Shown here: positions 18,472 through 28,919 of the stretch, piece by piece
Layout of the letters: each line of letters starts with the position of its first letter
How positions within the stretch are numbered: position 1 is the stretch's first letter
Assembly (NCBI GenBank): GCA_963702095.1
Contig: OY969706.1
Location: 768,001 to 832,000, forward strand
Length of the DNA: 64,000 bases
Direction of reading: 5' to 3'
DNA from: Candidatus Bathyarchaeota archaeon
Lineage (GTDB): Archaea > Thermoproteota > Bathyarchaeia > Bathyarchaeales > Bathycorpusculaceae
Program-made: the position numbers and the translations under genes
The notes under the pieces: generated by a model
The model's database searches: none
Told to the model about the DNA's origin: nothing
What the model saw: only the letters and a program-made list of their open reading frames with translations

Positions 18472-18558
18472 AAATTCTTAAATAAACCTTTTGCGTCATC
18501 CTATTGCAGATTAAGAGGAGCTTTTCGAAGATGATAGAAAACCCTTTTTTCACAATAA

Positions 18559-20754
<2,196 letters not shown>

Positions 20755-20904
20755 CAACCTCCCTTCTCACCTCTTTTTTCTTTTAGAGGTATGTCCGAAA
20801 ATCATGCAGGGCTGATTTGAGGGACACGGAATAGCGCCCTTTTGCAGCAAGCTCTTGCCGCTGCTTCCTTTTTTTGGCAGCGCTGTGTTTTTCAATTCCT
20901 TTTT

Positions 20905-21262
20905 TTGAACGGTTAATCGGTTTTTTCTCTTTATGTGGGTGTGGCGTTTTGCGGGGTGCCACAGGACTGTTGTGGGCTGCGTTGTGTTTGGGGGGTGCAA
21001 CAGTTTTTAGCGTCTGTTTCGGTGTGGCGAGATTGTTTTTCTCCACACCCAGTGCATGCTTCCATGCAGGGGCGGTCGGGATGTGTGTGTGAATGCATGT
21101 ATTGTTTGTCTTTTAGGCGTGGCAGTGAACGGCAATGAACAGCGCAATGCAAACGACACCAGCATAGCCCATCCAACAGCAACTTAGCCACCTCTCACAT
21201 CCAAAAAACCAGCCCACGCCCTAGACACTTGCATGTCAAATATTTCAAAGCCAAAAAACAAC
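20905..21262 (-). repeat. Dispersed element family A, copy 3 (long form)
   Basis: 20925-21100 near-identical to reverse complement of 40088-40265; 21100-21262 aligns with 51225-51395. Confidence 0.92.
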
Positions 21263-21275
21263 ACTAAAAAAAGGA

Positions 21276-21593
21276 TTAGGGCGTAAGCGCTTCATTCACC
21301 GCAAAGCTTCCCACAAAAACGTTGCTTCCTTCACCAAAGCCTCGCCCTCCAGACACATCCTGACCGCCAACAATCAGAAGCGTCAGTGAATTCGCCACAC
21401 CAGACACCTTCCTAATACCCAACTGCGTAATATCTCTAATATCATTGATTGAGTCGCCCCTAACTCTTACCAAAATATCATACGCACCATACAAGGGATG
21501 CACTTCTTCAACGCCGTCAAGCTGTTTTAGGCCTTGAAGAACAGTTTTGGGGGTTTGAACATCTGTGTTTACTAAAACTATTGCTGAGACCAT
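21276..21593 (-). CDS. Lrp/AsnC ligand-binding domain protein
   Basis: AIVLVN...GVEEVHPLYGAYDILVRV...IRKVSGV..SLTL; start MVSAIV at 21593. Confidence 0.85.
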   Translation of the reverse strand: MVSAIVLVNTDVQTPKTVLQGLKQLDGVEEVHPLYGAYDILVRVRGDSINDIRDITQLGIRKVSGVANSLTLLIVGGQDVSGGRGFGEGSNVFVGSFAVNEALTP

Positions 21594-21694
21594 ATTCAAA
21601 TTCTCCTTTTCCGCATCTATCCCCCTCCGTATAGTTAAGCCTGTGTTGTTACACACCTGTGCCTACAACCACAAGCACTTGGTAAACGGGTTTT

Positions 21695-22022
21695 CTATAG
21701 GAAGACGATTTGGTTTAGCATTTCCTGTGTTGACTTGGTTTCAGCGATAAGTTTTAGTTTCCTTATACATTCGCTGACTGTGTACTTGGCGATGGACAAA
21801 AACAATGCCGCAATGTCTTCGGTTTAGGGCTAATTTGAGAAAATCAGAATCATGCGTAAAAATAACCGCGCCCTTCTCTGCAGCTACTTCAAGCTGCTCA
21901 TCATCAGTCATACCCAACCTGTGGAGGTCTCTAGCCGAAAAAGCATCCACCCCACGCCTCTTCAACCCCTCAACGATTGCAACGTTAACGCTTTCATCAG
22001 CGTATATCTTGAGCGATTTGAT
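21695..22022 (-). pseudogene. DUF5615 PIN-like toxin, frameshifted and lacking a canonical start
   Basis: IKSLKIYADESV...LKRRGVDA...IFTHDSDFL...HCGIVFV, then KYTVSECIRKLKLIAETKSTQEMLNQIVFL* in another frame from ~21786; begins with ATC. Confidence 0.75.
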
Positions 22023-22028
22023 ACAGAA

Positions 22029-22313
22029 TCATCTGCCTTTCGGGGGTTCGACGAGTTTTTCGATGAACTCTTTATCTTCCTTGATTTTCTTATCCAACTC
22101 AGCTCTGTTCTCGTAGTAGTAGGAAAGTGCATCGTGGACTTGCTCCAACTTCAAATGGGGAAACATAGAGATTATTTCATCTGGAGAGCGATTAAGATAC
22201 TCATACTCAATAACTATGTCTACGATCCTTATTCGAGTTCCAGCTACCACTGGACTACCATTACATATTTTGGGGTTAACTGAAACATAAGGATGCACTA
22301 TCTTGCTTTGCAA
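22029..22313 (-). CDS. DUF433 antitoxin-like protein
   Basis: NPKICNGSPVVAGTRIRI...SPDEI...FPHLKLEQVHDALSYY. Confidence 0.88.
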   Translation of the reverse strand: MQSKIVHPYVSVNPKICNGSPVVAGTRIRIVDIVIEYEYLNRSPDEIISMFPHLKLEQVHDALSYYYENRAELDKKIKEDKEFIEKLVEPPKGR

Positions 22314-22628
22314 ATTATGACACTTACAATTAGAGATGACTCTAGAAACTCTTAACTTTTGTTATAAATAGCAAGTTGCCGTCACACCTCTCATTTCCAA
22401 CCAATGCCACCTATCCCTCTATAGGTTATGCAACGAAATTCTTATATGCTCCAAATATGTTGGCGGCAGCCTCATCCCTCTATAAGAAACAACATAGAAC
22501 CACTAATAGAACCAAATATGTTGGTATATTCTTTATTTGAGCAGCTATCGACGCAACTTGAACAACCTATAATAGAAAAAATAAATTTTGCAAAAAATAT
22601 TATGCGCTTGGTTGTATAATTAACAAGC

Positions 22629-23122
22629 ATGGATATCTCACCTATAGTTATTGTAATCCTGCTTTGCCCTCTATTTTGGGTTGTCTTAGTATACATAATC
22701 TCAAAATTGTTTGGGCAAAAATCGCGCGCTCCTTCTCCCTCCTATGGTATTCAATCCCTCACAGAAAAAGGTGAGGTAGTTAGAAGCTTTTCAGAGAAAA
22801 AATAGCCGACTATTTCAGAGCAAACAACATCAGGTACTGGTACGAACAATCTGACGACCCCTCCATTTACCGTCCTGATTTTTACTTGCCCGATTATGAT
22901 GTTTACGTTGAATTCTGGGGACTGCTAGATGCCGACGATCCGTGGACGAGGCAAAACTATGAGCGGAATATGAGGAGAAAAATGGCTATCTACCATAAAA
23001 AACACAAGCGACTGGTGTCCATTTACCCAAGCAATTTAGAGAATCTCGACTGGATTTTCCGTACTAAGTTTAGGTCTTCAACCGGCTTTGATTTGCCAAA
23101 CCAAGGCTTCTTTAGTGGCTAA
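22629..23122 (+). pseudogene. Membrane-anchored PD-(D/E)xK-like nuclease, split at an A6 run
   Basis: MDISPIVIVILLCPLFWVVLVYII...GEVVRSFSEKK* continues in -1 frame IADYFRANNIRYWYE...YRPDFYLPDYDVYVEFWG. Confidence 0.7.
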
Positions 23123-23124
23123 CG

Positions 23125-23892
23125 CTAGAGAAATTCATATTTCTTGCTTACAAACCACATAAAGCCATCAACGGTTGTAAGGTCGCTCTTTGTTTCTTTG
23201 ACTATATCCTGAAATGTTTGATTGACTCGCTTGTAACTTTCTCCGAAGTTATCACTTGGAAAAGTTGCCCTGTGTAATTTTTTGAGCGTATCGACTGTTC
23301 TGCTATTCCAAACGCCATACTTTTCATTATTGAACGTATGGAGCAACGCTGTAACTATTCCTTCGCCAATTCCCGCAACTTTAGCACAACCCTGTAGTGC
23401 ACTTCTAACCCTAACACCAATTTCGATGTTTTCATTCTGCAGAGTAGCAAGCAATTTAGCTATATTTTGAGGGTGTTCTATTGCATTTGTTGCCGTCCGT
23501 TCTAGCATCGTCCAAGAGAAGTTATTCCTGAAGTGAAGCCAGCTTTCAAAATTGCGTTGAAGCGTCTTAAGGTCATTTAATCGTTCGGGCGCAAATTTAT
23601 AGCGATATTCTATGTAGACTTCCTTGCGTTTTTTAACCCATAGATCGACATTTGAAAAAGTTCTTCCAGCACTAATCTCTATTGGGCTAGAAATGTAAAT
23701 TGGCCAAAGTTTTCCAATGAAGGCGTCTGCGGGGGATATTAGCTCCCGAGTACCCTCTTCATCGACCTCTAGGGTATCAATATAGACTTTTTCTAAAAAG
23801 CCTCCGCAGTTGGGGTCAGAGCAGAACATCAACGGTTTAATAACTGTTAACGGGAATTCTTGTGAACATTTAGAGCATCTATACTTTATCAT
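23125..23892 (-). CDS. Hypothetical protein, N-terminal zinc ribbon plus HhH-like domain
   Basis: CSKC...CSDPNC; KVAGIGEGIVTALL hairpin-like motif; C-terminal VDGFMW. Confidence 0.7.
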   Translation of the reverse strand: MIKYRCSKCSQEFPLTVIKPLMFCSDPNCGGFLEKVYIDTLEVDEEGTRELISPADAFIGKLWPIYISSPIEISAGRTFSNVDLWVKKRKEVYIEYRYKFAPERLNDLKTLQRNFESWLHFRNNFSWTMLERTATNAIEHPQNIAKLLATLQNENIEIGVRVRSALQGCAKVAGIGEGIVTALLHTFNNEKYGVWNSRTVDTLKKLHRATFPSDNFGESYKRVNQTFQDIVKETKSDLTTVDGFMWFVSKKYEFL

Positions 23893-23913
23893 ACGAGACT
23901 ACTGTTGTTTACT

Positions 23914-24081
23914 TTATATTAGCTCGGATTCTAACTGCTTCACTTGTTTCTTTAGTCCTTCATTTTCTAATTCTAACTCCTTAATCCGAGTGTTCAATCG
24001 GTAAATCTCGTCATTGCAAGCATTTACCTGTGCTTGCATTCGATTTTTAACCACCCAAGACGGGGCTCCACCGTATCCCAT
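23914..24081 (-). CDS. 55-aa coiled-coil microprotein
   Basis: Manual translation MGYGGAPSWVVKNRMQAQVNACNDEIYRLNTRIKELELENEGLKKQVKQLESELI; TATA-like tttaaa ~20 nt upstream. Confidence 0.6.
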   Translation of the reverse strand: MGYGGAPSWVVKNRMQAQVNACNDEIYRLNTRIKELELENEGLKKQVKQLESELI

Positions 24082-24193
24082 AACTTAGCCTCGCCTGTAC
24101 CTTTAAAATAAGTTGGTTAAGAGTTTTTGGTTCGTTTCCTTTAAATATTAGAACTTTGACTATGCATGTGCAAAAAGAAGGAATATCTTAGAT

Positions 24194-24634
24194 ATGGGTT
24201 CCAAGTCTCCAAGGGGCGAATTCGCCGCAAGGCAGTTAGCTAAGAAACGGAAGAATTTCCGTTGGCACGATCGTTACTTTAACCGACGCATGTTAATGCT
24301 TGACGAAAAAGTTGACCCTATGCAGGGTGCACCCCAAGCCCGGGGCATTGTCCTCGAAAAGGTGGGTGTGGAGTCTAAGCAGCCTAACAGCGCCATCCGC
24401 AAATGCGTCAGAACACAACTCATCAAGAACGGCAGAACCATCAGCGCTTTCCTCCCAGGCGACGGCGCCCTAAACGTCGTTGACGAACACGACGAAGTCG
24501 TGGTTGAGGGCATCGGTGGAACCCGAGGCGGCGCCATGGGCGACATTCCCGGTGTCAGATGGAAAGTCGTCATGGTCAACGGCGTCAGCTTAAACGAACT
24601 CGTTTACGGACGAAAACAGAAACCGGCAAGGTAA
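24194..24634 (+). CDS. rps12: 30S ribosomal protein S12 (uS12, archaeal)
   Basis: [22 protein letters not shown]. Confidence 0.98.
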   Translation: MGSKSPRGEFAARQLAKKRKNFRWHDRYFNRRMLMLDEKVDPMQGAPQARGIVLEKVGVESKQPNSAIRKCVRTQLIKNGRTISAFLPGDGALNVVDEHDEVVVEGIGGTRGGAMGDIPGVRWKVVMVNGVSLNELVYGRKQKPAR

Positions 24635-25243
24635 ATGGTTATGTCACAAACAACAACTTCACCCAGTCCAGCTGAACCACAGGAAATTAAGCTCTTCCAA
24701 AAATGGACTTTCAAAGACATCTCAGTCAAAGACATCGGACTCCAGCGCTACCTCAGCCTCACACCGATGGTGGCTCCACACAGCATGGGCCGCCATGAGC
24801 ACCAGAGGTTCCGCAAAGCCAAAGTCAACATCGTCGAACGCTTAATCAACGGCTTGATGCGCGGCGGCAAAAACGCAGGCAAAAAAGCCAAAGCAACCAA
24901 CATCGTCAAAGAAGCCTTCGAAATCGTCTATTTACGCACAAACAAAAACCCCATCGATGTTTTGGTGCAGGCAGTTGAAAACGCAGCGCCCTGCGAAGAC
25001 ACCACACGTGTCAGTTACGGTGGAGTCGTCTATCACCTCTCCGTCGACGTAGCGCCACAACGCAGAATCGACTTAGCCATCCGCCACATCACTGAAGGCG
25101 CACGGGCATCAAGCATCAACAACCCACGCAGCATCCAAGAAACCCTCGCAGACGAACTTGTACTCGCAGCAGCCAAAGACATCAAATCCGCAGGCATCGC
25201 CAAACGCAACGAAATCGAACGCGTCGCACAAAGCAGCAGATAA
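24635..25243 (+). CDS. rps7: 30S ribosomal protein S7 (uS7, archaeal)
   Basis: IVERLIN, VDVAPQRRID, EIERVAQSSR. Confidence 0.98.
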   Translation: MVMSQTTTSPSPAEPQEIKLFQKWTFKDISVKDIGLQRYLSLTPMVAPHSMGRHEHQRFRKAKVNIVERLINGLMRGGKNAGKKAKATNIVKEAFEIVYLRTNKNPIDVLVQAVENAAPCEDTTRVSYGGVVYHLSVDVAPQRRIDLAIRHITEGARASSINNPRSIQETLADELVLAAAKDIKSAGIAKRNEIERVAQSSR

Positions 25244-25250
25244 ACCAACC

Positions 25251-25276
25251 ATTTTTTCTTTTTCAATTTTATTTTG
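25251..25276 (+). terminator. Oligo-T terminator after rps7
   Basis: attttttctttttcaattttatttt immediately downstream of stop. Confidence 0.5.
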
Positions 25277-25358
25277 CTAACACAGTTTCCTATGCGATGT
25301 CTTTTTGGGCACCGGCTGTTTTGATGTTTTATTCCAAATTTTGCCCTTTAATGCAGGG

Positions 25359-26546
25359 TTAGGTTCGGGCATGAATCTCAATGATATCTCCATCGTCTAA
25401 AATAAAATTCAACCCCACCTTCTTGGGGCTAAACGGCAGCCGCTTTGCCCAAACCATCGCAAACATGAAGTTCGACAGCAACTCTTTATGGATGTTTTTG
25501 GCTAACTCGTTAACTGTGGCGCCCTTTCGCAGTGCAAAGGGGTGGTCGCTGTGCACTTTGTTCCCTGGTTCTTTGGTGTAAATCCGAATCATCCCCAAGG
25601 ACTCGAAAATCGCTTTTCCCAGTTCCGGTATGCCCAGTTTGCGTTCACAGGACATGGGCACGATGGGTAATTTGTCGGCTACATACGTCTTGAGCCGCCG
25701 CAGATTAGCAGCGGTGCCAGGCAAATCCAGCTTGTTAGCCACAATCACCGCGGGCTTGTAGATGGTGTTTTCGTAGATGGCGTCCTCCACGTCTCCGAGT
25801 GATACTTCGCCGCTTATGCGGACGATGGCATCGTTGATTCGGTAGTTCCGCAGCAGATCCTCAACATCATGCAAACTGCAGTTTAGCAGTCTACCCACCA
25901 CAATAACACGGAGCCTAGACCCAGCGGGGCGCCTATCAATCTCTACGCGTCCACCAGTGGGTTTACTAACCAAAACACGGCTCTTCTCCAACTCCGCCAA
26001 AATCAACTTCAACTGCTCCACGGGGTCACGGCTTAAATCAAGCATCAGAATTAAGCCGTCAGCGTTACGCGCCAACCCCAACGTGACGTTGCCGCCAGCT
26101 TTACCCTCCGCCGCTCCCTCCATAACAGCGGGCGCCTCCACAATTTGGAACTGCACATCCATAAAATTCATGATACCCGGCACCGGTTCATGGGTGCTAA
26201 ACGGCGTAGGAGTGACAACCACTTTGGAGTTTGTTGTCGTAGACATCAAGCAGCTTTTACCCACATTAGTCATACCAACCAACGCGACCTGCGCCGCCGC
26301 AGCTTTCTCAATGAAAAGTTTCGGTCCGCCGCTGCTTTTGCCGGTGCCCATCCGCTTCTTTTTGTCCAAGTCGTCGCGGATCAACGCGATTTTGCGGTTC
26401 ATTTCGCCCCGAAGCTTCATGGTGCCTTTATGATGCGGAACATACTTCAGGAACTCTATCATGGCATCCATTTTTTCTTTAGGAGTACGGGCAGCTTCTA
26501 CTAGCTCCCACTTATCCATCGCTTCAGGCGGCAGATTCGTCGGCAT
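25359..26546 (-). CDS. DRG/OBG family GTPase with TGS domain
   Basis: MPTNLPPE N-terminus, GMTNVGKS, ANKLD, IRIYTK, DGDIIEIH. Confidence 0.9.
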   Translation of the reverse strand: MPTNLPPEAMDKWELVEAARTPKEKMDAMIEFLKYVPHHKGTMKLRGEMNRKIALIRDDLDKKKRMGTGKSSGGPKLFIEKAAAAQVALVGMTNVGKSCLMSTTTNSKVVVTPTPFSTHEPVPGIMNFMDVQFQIVEAPAVMEGAAEGKAGGNVTLGLARNADGLILMLDLSRDPVEQLKLILAELEKSRVLVSKPTGGRVEIDRRPAGSRLRVIVVGRLLNCSLHDVEDLLRNYRINDAIVRISGEVSLGDVEDAIYENTIYKPAVIVANKLDLPGTAANLRRLKTYVADKLPIVPMSCERKLGIPELGKAIFESLGMIRIYTKEPGNKVHSDHPFALRKGATVNELAKNIHKELLSNFMFAMVWAKRLPFSPKKVGLNFILDDGDIIEIHART

Positions 26547-26731
26547 ATAAACTTCGCTGATACATACGCATTTTCGAGTTTAAGTCTATTTCTAAATCAC
26601 ACACCTTAAAACGTGGGGAAATATGAACCGACCGCTAGGACTAAGTGTTAGGGGTTGAAGCAAACGCATAAAAGCTACGCTAACTAGACTGGAACATGGC
26701 TTTCTACCCAATCTAGCGGCGTGTGAATTGT

Positions 26732-27973
26732 ATGAAGGTTTTTTCGAAAATCGCTTTAGGGTTAATCGTGAGTCTGCTTTGTTCATGTTTCCTTGTACTT
26801 TTTGAACCGACAGACGCAGCAACCTCAGCCCTGCATGTTTCAGGAAACAGAATCTTGGATTACCGTAACAATCAAGTGGTGTTCAGAGGCATCGGCCGCA
26901 CAGGCGATATGGAATCCGCTTCTGGCATGTGGTCAGGCGCCGGCGATGTCAACGTGGTTGCATGGGGACAGAAATGGTTTCCCATATCTGCCAACATAGC
27001 CGATATGGATGCCACTTTTAGATGTTACCAGCAGGTCTGGCACGTTAACATGATACGTATGTTTGTCTTGCCCAGTTGGTACTGGCAAAACAATATTGTC
27101 CCAGCCCAGCAGGACCCCCAGAACTACCCCACCTGGACAACACCGATTAGCTACAGAACATACGTCAAAACCGTGGTGGCGGAAGCCCAAAAATACGGAA
27201 TATACGTTGACCTCGTACCCTTCCAGTTGCTAAGCGGCTACCAAGATGGCAACCAAGGCGGCGCACAGGGACTGCCCCTCTCCGGTTGGGACTCCACCTG
27301 TCAAAGCTTCCTTAAAAGCACGCATTTAAGCGAGAGTAGTTTTTGGCAGCAGTTCTGGAAGCTAATGGCAAGCAACCTGCGGGGCTACTCAAACGTTATC
27401 TTCGAGGCTTGGAATGAACCTGAACACTATGGTAACGACCCAATCACACCAAGCTACCTGAACTATCTCAAAACAATGTATAATGCAGTCCGGGGTGCAG
27501 GTGCCTCTAACCTGATTTTTATGCAGTGGAACACTGGCCACGTCCCAACTTGGAATGACTTAAGCTGGTGTGCACAGATAAAGAACGCGATACCTCGGGC
27601 GACGAATCTGGCGTTCACAACTCACGTCTACCGGCATGCTCCATACTTCAATACTCAGTGGGGAACAACTTACTCAGTGGTTCTGTCGCAGATGCAGACT
27701 GCAGTAAAAAGCATGGGCGTAACAGCGCCGCTTGTGATTAACGAAGCGGGCTCCTGCATGTCATACGTAGCACCTGACGATGTCCAAAATGAACTTGGCT
27801 GGTGGGACGCCATCAACCACGCAGCATACACTCTCAAAACAGGCTTAACCGCCTATTATTGGATGTCAGACACAGACCTTGGACCCGTTTATAGTGGTGA
27901 AGCGTTGTTGTCGGGGCCTGGCCAGCCGGAGCAACTTCGCCTCCAGCGAACAGTTTGGGGCAAATCTTTCTAA
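26732..27973 (+). CDS. Secreted glycoside hydrolase family 5 (cellulase-like); C-terminus probably frameshifted
   Basis: LHVSGNRILD, FEAWNEP acid/base, H-x-Y, VINEAG nucleophile; one extra G at ~27913 gives SGAWPAGATSPPANSLGQIF. Confidence 0.85.
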   Translation: MKVFSKIALGLIVSLLCSCFLVLFEPTDAATSALHVSGNRILDYRNNQVVFRGIGRTGDMESASGMWSGAGDVNVVAWGQKWFPISANIADMDATFRCYQQVWHVNMIRMFVLPSWYWQNNIVPAQQDPQNYPTWTTPISYRTYVKTVVAEAQKYGIYVDLVPFQLLSGYQDGNQGGAQGLPLSGWDSTCQSFLKSTHLSESSFWQQFWKLMASNLRGYSNVIFEAWNEPEHYGNDPITPSYLNYLKTMYNAVRGAGASNLIFMQWNTGHVPTWNDLSWCAQIKNAIPRATNLAFTTHVYRHAPYFNTQWGTTYSVVLSQMQTAVKSMGVTAPLVINEAGSCMSYVAPDDVQNELGWWDAINHAAYTLKTGLTAYYWMSDTDLGPVYSGEALLSGPGQPEQLRLQRTVWGKSF

Positions 27974-28203
27974 GCTATACAAATGGTGTGCCAACCTCTA
28001 TTCACAGGTTTGTGGCAACTCTACCATCCCCACCGCCAACTTCACCCCGTATGCCGTTTTTCCCATTCAATCCATGGCCGATAGAAGATGCCCCTAAACA
28101 ATCAGGGCATTTTCCACTGTTATTGTGCTTGTGCCCTTGCAGTCACAAGTGTTTAAACAGGTTCTTGAGTGTTTGTCTGTATGTTATTTTGGAGGTGAAA
28201 CAG

Positions 28204-28488
28204 GTGGTTGAAATAGACGTCCGCAAAGCAGAGCCAGGAACCGACGAAACAACTAACACCAACCTTGACATCAACGAAATCATCGGCAAAGTCCGCAACT
28301 TTGTCGACGGCATCCGAGACATGTCAAGCGGCAACGAACCTATGTCGGTTAGCGTGGAAGGCTTCAACGTAGCGGTGAGCAAGGAACACGGCGAATACGA
28401 GTTTGCCTTAAAATTGAATTTAGTGCTTAAGCCCAAAACAATCGTGGCAGAACCAGAATCTGAAGCCTCTTGTTCCTGTTCTCCTTAG
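28204..28488 (+). CDS. Hypothetical protein (94 aa)
   Basis: GGAGGTGA Shine-Dalgarno at 28191 before GTG; MVEIDVRKAEPG... Confidence 0.7.
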   Translation: MVEIDVRKAEPGTDETTNTNLDINEIIGKVRNFVDGIRDMSSGNEPMSVSVEGFNVAVSKEHGEYEFALKLNLVLKPKTIVAEPESEASCSCSP

Positions 28489-28544
28489 GGTTTAGAAAAC
28501 TTTTTAGAGGGTGCCCTCTGCATAGTTGGGTAGGAGAGCTAAGT

Positions 28545-28646
28545 TTGGATAAGAAATGTCCAGTATGCAAAAAAACCTACACTACCTTTAACGCTAAATC
28601 CAAGTATTGCAGTGACGCCTGCGCCAGAAAAGCCGGACGCCCATAA
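28545..28646 (+). CDS. 33-aa zinc-finger microprotein
   Basis: TTG start after taggag; MDKKCPVCKKTYTTFNAKSKYCSDACARKAGRP (CxxC-x13-CxxxC). Confidence 0.7.
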   Translation: MDKKCPVCKKTYTTFNAKSKYCSDACARKAGRP

Positions 28647-28709
28647 CTCTGTGGCAATAGAGCTTAGGCTACAATTTGGGTACTCGCAACTTGGTATTCC
28701 AAGGGAAAA

Positions 28710-28883
28710 CTAGGCTGGGACCTTGGCTTTGCGAAGCGAGGCTTGTTCTATGTCTAAGCATTCGTCGCAGAGGTCAGAGGTCGGTCGATTAGTGCGTTTG
28801 GCTTTAACAACAGCGGGGTACTGTTTGCAGCTTTTCTGCCAATGCCACCTGTCAGGTTCAGCTCCCTTGACATATTCGTCCAT
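28710..28883 (-). CDS. Small His/Cys metal-binding protein
   Basis: MDEYVKG...WHWQKSCKQYP...RPTSDLCDEC; GGAGG upstream. Confidence 0.65.
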   Translation of the reverse strand: MDEYVKGAEPDRWHWQKSCKQYPAVVKAKRTNRPTSDLCDECLDIEQASLRKAKVPA

Positions 28884-28919
28884 TCCATCCTCCAAGATGC
28901 CTTATGAAACAAGATGTAT

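Noticed and set aside
22020-22031. Selenocysteine/read-through fusion of DUF433 and DUF5615 at TGA
   Set aside because: No Cys-equivalent context or SECIS seen; toxin part is also frameshifted, so decay is simpler
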